Positions 10,349 through 18,268 of a DNA stretch of 64,000 bases are shown here, in pieces; positions within the stretch are counted from its first letter, which is position 1, and every line of letters begins with the position of its first letter. The translations under genes were made by a program, and so were the position numbers. The DNA comes from Brevinema sp. (lineage in GTDB: Bacteria; Spirochaetota; Brevinematia; Brevinematales; Brevinemataceae): NCBI GenBank assembly GCA_051647245.1, contig JBOFDS010000011.1:47945-111944 (forward strand), given 5' to 3'. The notes beneath the pieces were generated by a model, which worked only from the letters and a program-made list of their open reading frames with translations, was not told where the DNA came from and made no database searches.

Positions 10349-11290
10349 ATGAGACACATTTTATTAGTCTTATTTAGTTTGATGATTCCTGCTACAGGAT
10401 TCACACAATTAAGAGAAACTTTTTTTGATTTCAATACATTCGAAGATCAAATCAAAGAAGTCTATACAAACGAACAAAACCAATTATACACCAGAGATGG
10501 TGTGGCATTTGCTGAAATTGGATCAACAATGTTTAACCTTGACAACTGGGTTGTCACTTTAACAAATTCATCCGCAGAAAATCCTTTCTCAAAAAGAGAT
10601 TCCTACTCTAAAAAAATCACCTCTCAAGAAAGAGGTACAGTTTTAGGCGTTCGTGTTCGTTATCCAGAATGGCCGTTTTCAGCTGAAGCATTCATCCGCC
10701 CATTATTCCCACTCCTACCATTCAAATCAACTGGCGAATATGCTAATATTAATAATGGCGTTGTTACTAACGTTGGTGCTGTAAAATCATTCTCAATGTG
10801 GGTCAATGGACGTAATTTCCCATTTACTATGGGTGTACGTGTTCTTGATATTAAAGACAAATTAACAGAATTTCCTTTAGGATCTTTATTGTATGTTGGT
10901 TGGAGAAAATTGAGCTATAACAACTCAACCTACTCCAAGCGTATCCTCAATAATATTTTACCACAAGCTCGTGTATATCCAAGCGAAATTCCTATGATTC
11001 GGTTCGATTCTTTTGTAGTTTATCGCTCAGGACACCATGCAGGTGGCGACTTTGTAGGGTATTTTGGATCTTCCGATATCGAGTATACACCTTACCTTGT
11101 TGACTCTCAAGAAAGTGATATCAATGACGAAGATACATGGGGTCTTGCTAGAACTGAACAAGAACGTTTGGCTCTTGCAATCAACGGCACATTGTATCAA
11201 CAAATTCTGGAATTCGAATACGCACGTAGACGTATGGAAGCAACAACAGAAGGCCAAAATAATCAGCAACAAGCTGACGCGGCTCAATAA
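10349..11290 (+). CDS. flaA: flagellar filament outer layer (sheath) protein FlaA
   Basis: Signal peptide plus blocks that align by eye with my recollection of treponemal/borrelial FlaA: DNWVVTLTNSS, LGVRVRYPEW, VTNVGAVKSF..NGRNFPF, VGWRKLSYNN, FDSFVVYRSGHHAGGDFVGY, INDEDTWGL. Confidence 0.75.
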   Translation: MRHILLVLFSLMIPATGFTQLRETFFDFNTFEDQIKEVYTNEQNQLYTRDGVAFAEIGSTMFNLDNWVVTLTNSSAENPFSKRDSYSKKITSQERGTVLGVRVRYPEWPFSAEAFIRPLFPLLPFKSTGEYANINNGVVTNVGAVKSFSMWVNGRNFPFTMGVRVLDIKDKLTEFPLGSLLYVGWRKLSYNNSTYSKRILNNILPQARVYPSEIPMIRFDSFVVYRSGHHAGGDFVGYFGSSDIEYTPYLVDSQESDINDEDTWGLARTEQERLALAINGTLYQQILEFEYARRRMEATTEGQNNQQQADAAQ

Positions 11291-11414
11291 TTATAGAAAA
11301 ATAATAGCCGACACCGGAACAGGGATGTCAAACGTCGGTGAAAGGAATCAGATTCCTTTTACGCTGACCAAAATGATGTGGAGTTTAATAAGGATATTTC
11401 TCTTCACATCACAA

Positions 11415-11467
11415 ATATTAGCTCAATCAATAACATTTTTGGTACTAAGTATTGATTGAGCTAATAT
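11415..11467. repeat. 18-bp perfect inverted repeat (hairpin with 17-nt loop) ending 3 nt before tRNA-Leu
   Basis: atattagctcaatcaata (11415-11432) is the exact reverse complement of tattgattgagctaatat (11450-11467). Confidence 0.85.
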
Positions 11468-11470
11468 CAT

Positions 11471-11553
11471 GCCTGAGTGGTGAAACTGGTAAACACGCAG
11501 GAATCAGAATCCTGTGCCCTTAAAGCTTGCAGGTTCAAGTCCTGTCTCAGGCA
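11471..11553 (+). tRNA. tRNA-Leu (anticodon CAG), type II with long variable arm
   Basis: Acceptor GCCTGAG/CTCAGGC; anticodon arm CAGGA-ATCAGAA-TCCTG; long variable arm; T arm GCAGG-TTCAAGT-CCTGT; discriminator A. Confidence 0.9.
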
Positions 11554-11578
11554 CATAATATTGAACTAAAAAAACGAT

Positions 11579-11616
11579 ACAAACCTTGATTTTTTCAGGG
11601 TTTGTTTTCTTTTTAA
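11579..11616 (+). terminator. rho-independent terminator after tRNA-Leu
   Basis: acaaacct...agggtttgt hairpin followed by tttctttttaaa. Confidence 0.5.
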
Positions 11617-11723
11617 ATTCTTATGAAAAACTACTGTGTATAAATTGTGTATAAGGTTTAGTCGATTTTTTGACATCGTGTCAAATCGACATTTCGCACA
11701 TCCTTGTGCTTAGGACATCAATT

Positions 11724-11867
11724 ATGGGATTGTATCAAAGAGAAAACGGATTCTTTTATTTACAGATCAAACCAGATCAAAATAAAAATAAACAGCATAG
11801 TATTGATAAAAGCTTTTTAGAATACCTAGTAGTGAGAAGGTGTAATGTATTCAAAAGAACGGCTTAG
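11724..11867 (+). pseudogene. tyrosine integrase N-terminal stub (remnant)
   Basis: An internal Met opens MGLYQRENGFFYLQIK, the typical start of tRNA-site phage/island integrases. It then runs into unrelated sequence and a stop after about 47 codons. Located 170 nt after a tRNA gene. Confidence 0.35.
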
Positions 11868-12805
11868 AAAATACCTTCCTCACGAATGAAGTCGAATACA
11901 AAAAGCTACACTCAAAATTCCGAAAAGCCAAAAGTGTTCTTGAAAATATCGAATATACGATAGGCGTTACCACGGAACAGATCGATAAAGCAAAAGCAGA
12001 TTTAGAAAAAGCCGAGCAAGCCCTCGAGAAAGTAGACGGCACCTATATCAACTCCATGGAGTGGATCTATGAATTTCCTGAGGTGCTGGACGATGATGGG
12101 AACTTTTTGGGATTTGATCTCGTGATAGGGAATCCTCCTTATTTTAGATATGGTAAAATGAAGGAATCTCATTACATAAAAGAGTCTAACTATTTAAGAA
12201 CTCAAGAAATGTATATGCCTGCCTGTATTGGTGAGATCAATGCTTATGAAGTCTTTGTATTACTTTCTTATTATCTATGTAAAGATAAAGGCTTTATCTG
12301 TGAGATCTTTCAACACTCTTTCTTAGGTGATATTGCTTCTCAAGGTGTAAGAAAATTCTATATTGAAAATAAACGCCTCGTATGCCAAGGTATATCTGGT
12401 ATAAATGATAAATATCGATTAATCTTTGGGATTGTAGATGCTAATATTGGATTGGGGAATAGTGCAAATTATATGGTTATAAAAGAGAATGTGTTTTTAG
12501 ATATTTTCTATATGATGGGATTATTAAACTCTGAGTTATTAAATTGGCTCTTTAAAGCTCGTAGTACGAATTCACACACAGTAGTATCTCAAATTAGAAG
12601 GCTCCCTATCGTGGACGCCACACCTGAGCAGCAGGCACCCATCATCGACCTCGTTAAAAAGTGCATGAATGCGAAAGCTCAGGATAAAAACGCAGATATA
12701 TCAGCATATCAAAAAGAGATCGATACACTCGTCTATGCACTCTATGGACTGAGCGAGGATGAGATCACGACGATCGAAATGCCGACAAGCACAGGAGGTG
12801 CGTAA
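11846..12805 (+). pseudogene. type IIG / Eco57I-like N6-adenine DNA methyltransferase, C-terminal fragment (no motif I, no nuclease domain)
   Basis: The frame is open from 11846, upstream of the listed ATG at 12056. Contains a coiled-coil spacer, EWIYEFPEVLDDDGNFLGFDLVIGNPPY (motif IV), LNSELLNWLF...IRRLPI and EIDTLVYALYGLSEDEI (TaqI/Eco57I-type C-terminal specificity region). No FxGxG AdoMet-binding motif precedes it. Confidence 0.65.
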
Positions 12806-12841
12806 TATCGGTAGAGATTAGGGTGATTGAAGTAATAATAA

Positions 12842-13482
12842 ATGAAGAGGATTTTGGTCATGAAATACGGTAAACAATTCATAGGCTTTTTATCCGATTT
12901 CATCTGTGGAGATGAATCCATATATCCAATATATCGAAGTTCATATTATCTGACACAGTTTTTCAAGAATATAGGTATAGATGAGACCCATGACGGAACA
13001 ACCAGAAAATTCTGGGTTCAGAGTATTTTAGAAAATTTAGATACTCAAAAACTATATATTAGTTCAACTAAAAGAAGTGCTGAAAGACAAGCTGAATTAA
13101 TGGTACCATATTTAAATAAAAAAAGAAAAGAAAGTGCTTTATATCCGCACCGTGAGAAAGTGGCTTTATATAGATAAAAAAAAATGGATATACTTATTAT
13201 GAGCAATGGGATAAAGGGTTGATGACAGAGGTTCAATTTGAAGAAATAGCTGAAGAGCTAGCTCTTAAACATGTCGAAGCTAATAAAAATGATTATGGGC
13301 ATGTTCTAGATAATAATAATACTAGCGTATTTGACATAGCCCCAAATGCTAGTAGTCATAGTTCTTCAGATAGAGGATATTTTAATATCAGTGTTCATTT
13401 ACTTGAAGGTAAAGATCTAGATACTAAAAGTAAGCAGTATGGAGAAGGTGGTGAAGAAGCTTATCATATTGTATTAAGATAA
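12842..13482 (+). pseudogene. M15/LAS-like zinc-peptidase-motif gene, copy A, split into ORFs 12842..13177 and 13219..13482
   Basis: ISSTKRSAERQAELMV in the first ORF. YGHVLDNNNTSVFDIAP and EAYHIV (His/Asp/His context) in the second. Paralogous to copy B. Carries an extra ~70-aa N-terminal domain. Confidence 0.35.
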
Positions 13483-13541
13483 AGATTTACTTCTTACCCA
13501 CTCTGCTATAGCTTCATAGTCTCGCTTATATTCTTCATTAA

Positions 13542-14098
13542 ATGATGATAGAGCTATATTGTGATTATATGAATAAAGGTAAAACGTGGACAATTCTTGA
13601 AATATCTTCTGCTTATAGAGACGCAAAAAATCAAGCTAGGGTTATGGTGGATCATATCTTGGTTAAAGGAAAAAATAAATTAGTTACAACTTATAGAAAT
13701 CCAATCAGAAGAGCACCCCTCCAGCTTATTTCGGAGGTATTTTATGAAGATAATTATCTATTATCTCCAAAAGACCCTATTCACCATAAGACTCAGAAAG
13801 CATTATTTGATGAAATTCAAAGATCTGAAAAGGAGGTATTTGTAAAATATTTATTATCTTTACCTAAAATGTGCGTAAAAAAAATACCTCCTTTACTAAA
13901 TTACTATTGGAAGATTGGCTCAAAGTATCACAAATGAAATCAGATCATGAACTAGGTAAAGCTGTAGATTTTAGCTCTAAAAATAAAGATCAAATAGAAT
14001 ACTTCAAATATTTCCTGAAAAACGAAGATTTAGAAATTGATCCTGTTTATGAACTAGGTAATTTCCATGTAAAATACAAAAAATCAACTAACTCTTAA
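13542..14098 (+). pseudogene. M15/LAS-like zinc-peptidase-motif gene, copy B, frameshifted at an A8 tract
   Basis: ISSAYRDAKNQARVMV (ORF 13542..13937), then KSDHELGKAVDF and GNFHV (ORF 13871..14098). The two frames overlap across aaaaaaaa at 13877-13884. One extra A would join them into a protein of about 185 aa. Confidence 0.5.
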
Positions 14099-14883
14099 CT
14101 CCTACTATAAAAAAGTATATCAGGGTCTCCTTCAATATCAGAAGAAACAGGATAAAATCTTTGATTATTAGTATTAGTGAAATAAGTATTAATAATCACT
14201 TCTATATCTTTTCTACTGTTAGTAGAGAAGTTTGTAAACATTACAGGATAGACGATAGGAGTAACATTTGTGATTTTCTTGTAGGGATGGTTTAGTTTTC
14301 CATCGTTTGTATATATGTATACTTCATAGATAGAAGTATCCCAGAATTTAAGTTTTTTAATATAATATAGTTGGTTGGTAGGGTTGAGATAGACACGCTC
14401 CATAGGTGAAATACTGCCAATATATAGCAAAGGAGCACCTGTATTAGGGAATACTTCTCTTAAAGAATCATCAAAAACAGGTTCTAATTGTTTTGTTTCA
14501 TCAATGGTATATGTAAAATTGGTTTTTAAAGGTGGATATGTTGACGGACTCAACTGAGTATATGTGTCTGAAATAGCCAATGGACGTAGAAATACATTAT
14601 CATCTTCTATAATATAGTAGCTATTATTATTAGAATCCCAGTAAATAGCTTGGTAATCTAACCCTTCGTCTCTGTTATCAAGTATGCGAGGAATTGTACC
14701 TTTAAAGCTTGTTTCAACTAAAATCAGATCCAATCCCTTATCATAAGAAACTTCGATAGGCTCTATATTAGTATGACTAACTTCATTAGTACTCACAGCC
14801 ACTTCACTAGTCTTAGACGAAGTTTTTTTCTCGCTACAAGCTCCAAGAATCAAAACAGTCATTAATATCAAATAACGTAACAT
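14095..14883 (-). CDS. hypothetical lipoprotein
   Basis: Internal Met at 14883 gives MLRYLILMTVLILGAC (lipobox LGAC); the longer ORF start at 14970 is unlikely. No recognisable domain. Its stop overlaps the stop of copy B (convergent). Confidence 0.55.
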   Translation of the reverse strand: MLRYLILMTVLILGACSEKKTSSKTSEVAVSTNEVSHTNIEPIEVSYDKGLDLILVETSFKGTIPRILDNRDEGLDYQAIYWDSNNNSYYIIEDDNVFLRPLAISDTYTQLSPSTYPPLKTNFTYTIDETKQLEPVFDDSLREVFPNTGAPLLYIGSISPMERVYLNPTNQLYYIKKLKFWDTSIYEVYIYTNDGKLNHPYKKITNVTPIVYPVMFTNFSTNSRKDIEVIINTYFTNTNNQRFYPVSSDIEGDPDILFYSRS

Positions 14884-15022
14884 GTTACACCTCAAACACA
14901 CGATGTGTGAAGAACTCTCACGGACACGATGTCCATTAGTGAGAGTACTATATCTATAGGATAATCCCATAAGTATATCTTACTATGGGGTTATTTTTTT
15001 GTCAATGTATTAGAGATGAGCC

Positions 15023-15051
15023 TTGATGTTTTAGAGTTAGTATGCTATAAT
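15023..15051 (+). promoter_or_regulatory. sigma-70-like promoter
   Basis: TTGATG-N17-TATAAT, about 130 nt upstream of the DUF1801-like gene. Confidence 0.4.
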
Positions 15052-15179
15052 CTGTATAGAAATAACCAATACGTAAAGCTCATCGAGAGACTTTACTTTG
15101 TTACTTATTAATATAACTCTATAGATTGAAGACGGTAGATTTAAAATCTATATCCTTAGCGATCTGAAAGGAACTTTCC

Positions 15180-15533
15180 ATGACTCCTATCGACACCTAT
15201 ATTCAAAACAGCCCTCCTGAGCATCGTGAGCGTTTGGAGTTGATTCGTAGGCTTGTGAAAGAGATTGTTCCCCTTGCAGAAGAAAAAATCGCATGGCAGA
15301 TGCCAACCCTTTTTATTGAGAAAAAACGATTTCATTATGCTTGTGCAAAGAATCACATTGGATTCTATTTGGGAGCACAAGCGGTGATCGATTTCTCAGA
15401 AGATTGCCAAAAGCTGGGGTTAAAGACCTCAAAGGGAGCTATGCGTCTTGCTCATAGTCAAGATTTGCCCGTAGGATTTATTCAAAAACTAGTACGTTAT
15501 GTTTTTCTTGAAGATAGAGAAAGCATACATTAG
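15180..15533 (+). CDS. DUF1801 / YdhG-like protein
   Basis: IDTYIQNSPPEHRERLELIRRLVKEIVPLAEEKIAWQMPT...IGFY matches the YdhG/DUF1801 pattern. 117 aa. Confidence 0.65.
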   Translation: MTPIDTYIQNSPPEHRERLELIRRLVKEIVPLAEEKIAWQMPTLFIEKKRFHYACAKNHIGFYLGAQAVIDFSEDCQKLGLKTSKGAMRLAHSQDLPVGFIQKLVRYVFLEDRESIH

Positions 15534-15558
15534 GTTTTATATTTTATAGTTTACCAAT

Positions 15559-15600
15559 AAAAAAGAGCTCGAAGTAGATTTACTTCAAGCTCTTTTTTTT
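15559..15600. terminator. bidirectional terminator
   Basis: aaaaagagctcgaagta-gattt-acttcaagctctttttttt between convergent genes. Confidence 0.6.
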
Positions 15601-16663
15601 ATTTATGTAACTTATTTTCTTTCAACCATTTGAAAAGATGATCTGCTAGTATATCATTATTTTTCTCAGCAAAGAGAAAGTGTGTATTACCAAAGATTCC
15701 GATTTTTGGGAGTTCCACAAGTTTAGCGTTTCCACCATGCTTATTGATCGTTTCAACAAACTGACGCCCTAACTCGAGTCGTACTCTCCAGTTCTCAGCC
15801 CCTAGATCATCTGAGATTTCGTTTGCTTCGGTAATATAATCACCAAAATAAACAATAATAGGAATTTCTGTAAGTTTTTTAAAGTCCTCTAAAGATACCG
15901 AGATACCTTCCAAAACGCCTGTTCGGCTAGGCATAGGAGATGGGACTTCACCTTCAGGAAATAAGTAAGATCCAGGTTCATAGGCAACAACAGAAGTGAT
16001 TTTATTATTCTGAATAGCAGCAAACCAACCAGGAACACCACCTTGAGAGTGTGTGACAAGGATCCCCTCACCAACTTTATCAAAAACTTTAGCCGTACTA
16101 TCTGCAATTATTTGGGTATCAAAAGCACCTGTATTAGGGGTAATCCAACGAAAAAATTCTTCTAAACTTTCTGAGTCTTGAGGGAATTGACTTGTCTCAA
16201 AGTGATTAGGCCATTGCCCCATTCTCCAAATTTCAAACCACATCTGTTCATCAGCGACAGGGGTAATGGTGGCTGGTACAGTACTTTTCCCAGCTTGTCC
16301 TCGGCGAGGTTGATCCATGACATAGGTCGCAAATCCTTTTTTCAGGAATAGTGTTTGAAGTCCATCCCTACCATCTGGGGTGGTTTGCCAACCTTTTCCA
16401 GATTGGAAAGCTCCATGAAGAAAGACCATAGCTTATTTGCGAGCATTTTTAGGGATTTGATAAAATACAGAAGCATGATCACCGTGGTAGGTTTGACCTG
16501 CAGGATAGGGTTGCCAATTATTAAAATCTTGACTGCGATATTCTCCGGCATTAGTGATAACGCTACCACCGGCAGAAAAATTGCCTTGCTTTGTAATTAC
16601 GATATTATTAGATGCGCAAGATACCAAAAACAAAAATATAAAAATAATATATAGATTTTTCAT
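15599..16663 (-). pseudogene. lipoprotein alpha/beta hydrolase interrupted by an in-frame TAA
   Basis: ORF 16433..16663 (MKNLYIIFIFLFLVSC lipobox ...YQIPKNARK) and ORF 15599..16429 (AMVFLHGAFQSG..., nucleophile elbow THSQGG) are in the same frame. They are separated only by the TAA at 16433-16435. Confidence 0.7.
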
Positions 16664-17169
16664 TACTTATTTTCTCCTAAAACTTCTTCTAACCAAGTAA
16701 CTTGATTATTTTGAGGGTTTGGGGTTAGAGCAACATGAGCAAACCAACTCTGAGATGCAGCTCCATGCCAATGTTCCACATTTGCTGGGATACGAACAAT
16801 ATCACCTTTTTTGAGAATTTGAACAGGCTTTCCTCGTTCTTGATAACGACCTTCTCCATCTGTAGCAAGTAAAATTTGCCCTGCACTATGCTTGTGCCAG
16901 AATGTTTTGGCATTTGGTTCAAAAGTAACATTTGCAGCTGGTAGATTAAATGCAGGATCAGCATCACTTAGACGATTAAGAAATGTCTCTCCACTAAAAT
17001 ATTGTGAATTTGGATTAGGAATCCCCTCCCCAAATGTAGATTCAAAAGGTTTTAAGCTTGTTGCTACTGATTGGATTTGATTGATTTGGGCTTGAGATAG
17101 TCCCAAATTCTTCCCAAGATTGATATGAGAATTCAGCTGAGCTTGAACATCTTCCAACACCGTCAACAT
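16663..17169 (-). CDS. cupin domain protein (probably 5'-truncated carboxymuconolactone decarboxylase-cupin fusion)
   Basis: Cupin core FEPNAKTFWHKHSAGQILLATDGEG...GDIVRIPANVEHWHGA. The N-terminal ~40 aa look like only the tail of a CMD domain. Its stop overlaps the hydrolase ATG by 1 nt (TAATG). Confidence 0.65.
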   Translation of the reverse strand: MLTVLEDVQAQLNSHINLGKNLGLSQAQINQIQSVATSLKPFESTFGEGIPNPNSQYFSGETFLNRLSDADPAFNLPAANVTFEPNAKTFWHKHSAGQILLATDGEGRYQERGKPVQILKKGDIVRIPANVEHWHGAASQSWFAHVALTPNPQNNQVTWLEEVLGENK

Positions 17170-17235
17170 AGAAATAGTAGCAATTTCCCTATCCTCATAA
17201 CTGAGAATATCTCTGGCAAAAAGATCTGCAAAAAG

Positions 17236-18123
17236 ATGCTCTCTCGAGAAAAAATCAAAAAAATGCTCCCCTCCACAAAGGTTCTACAAACTAGCATTGA
17301 GGGTTTTTATATTATTCGACGAGATGAAGCCCCCCTCGAACAAGTTGGCATACTCTACAGACCTCTCACTGTGTCAATTTTAGATGGCTACAAAGATTCT
17401 ATCTTAGGGAATGAAAGGCTAAGATATGGACGTAACGAAACTATGGTTACAGGAATTGACATGGTTTGTTCTAGTTATATTTCCGATGCCAGTCCTGATC
17501 ATCCCTACTTGGCAGTAATGTTGGAGTTAGACCAGAATTTGATTCTTGATCTTCTACAAGAAATTGATTTTATTGATGAAGATGGTAGGGCTCACAGAAG
17601 TGCAGCAACCGCTGAATCCGATACGATGGTGCTAAATGCTTACTCTCGTTTAATTGATTTACTAGAGATGCCTGAAAAACAACAAAAAATCCTTGCTCCA
17701 ATAATCATTAGAGAGATCTACTTCCGATTACTAACGGGAAAATTAGGAGAACAAATTCAGTCTCTTTATATCACAGGCTCTATTAGTCAACGAATATCGA
17801 GAGCGGCGGCATGGATCCGTGAAAATTTTAAAAGCACATTTAAAGTGGAGGAATTAGCCACAAGATTTCATATGGCTCCGTCTTCTTTTTATCGTAATTT
17901 CAATAAAGTCACCAGTCTTACCCCTATTCAATACCAAAAACAATTACGCCTTTATGAGGCTCGTCGTTTGATACTTTCTGGGGAAGATGCTGTTAATGCG
18001 GCGTATGGAGTTGGATATGAAAGCTCTACCCAATTTCATAAAGAATACAAAAGAATGTTTGGTGCTCCACCGAAAACAGACATAAAAAATATACTTTCAT
18101 CAAGACAAACTCTAAGTATATAA
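17236..18123 (+). CDS. AraC-family transcriptional regulator
   Basis: C-terminal double HTH (FKVEELATRFHMAPSSFYRNFNKVTSLTPIQYQKQLRLYEARRLI...GYESSTQFHKEYKRMFG). Start placed at the first plausible Met; the listed 17125 start would overlap the divergent cupin gene. Confidence 0.8.
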   Translation: MLSREKIKKMLPSTKVLQTSIEGFYIIRRDEAPLEQVGILYRPLTVSILDGYKDSILGNERLRYGRNETMVTGIDMVCSSYISDASPDHPYLAVMLELDQNLILDLLQEIDFIDEDGRAHRSAATAESDTMVLNAYSRLIDLLEMPEKQQKILAPIIIREIYFRLLTGKLGEQIQSLYITGSISQRISRAAAWIRENFKSTFKVEELATRFHMAPSSFYRNFNKVTSLTPIQYQKQLRLYEARRLILSGEDAVNAAYGVGYESSTQFHKEYKRMFGAPPKTDIKNILSSRQTLSI

Positions 18124-18211
18124 TCAATCTATTTGTGATTGTTTTCTATTTAGAGATTAGACATTCAACAATAAGCAAAAACTATGTTATAAATTCTCAC
18201 TCTAAAATCAC

Positions 18212-18240
18212 AAAAGTCGTACCTTACAGTACGACTTTTA
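18212..18240. terminator. bidirectional terminator
   Basis: aaaaGTCGTACcttacaGTACGACtttta between convergent araC-like and AKR genes. Confidence 0.55.
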
Positions 18241-18268
18241 TATAAGCTCATGATAAAGTTATGAATAT

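Noticed and set aside
11064-11459. 131-aa plus-strand ORF spanning the flaA 3' end and the flaA/tRNA spacer.
   Set aside because: It overlaps flaA out of frame, has no RBS or motif, and runs through the hairpin region. It is more likely a non-coding structured spacer.
11291-11470. Tested the spacer by eye against SRP RNA domain IV, tmRNA, 6S RNA and common riboswitch cores (TPP, guanidine, fluoride, c-di-GMP).
   Set aside because: No conserved core motifs match, and there is no downstream ORF for a riboswitch to control. It is kept only as an unassigned structured element.
14884-15179. Searched the distal island boundary for a duplicated tRNA-Leu 3' segment (att repeat).
   Set aside because: No recognisable copy of ggttcaagtcc/tctcaggca was seen by eye, so the island's right boundary cannot be defined from sequence alone.
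17125-17235. Long N-terminal extensions of listed ORFs: araC-like 17125, lipoprotein 14970, folD 43403, batD-like 34615, GT2 39319, lipoprotein 20540, MATE 29193, ABC ATPase 25141.
   Set aside because: In each case an internal start with a good SD and the expected conserved N-terminus or lipobox exists. The extensions overlap neighbouring genes or promoters.
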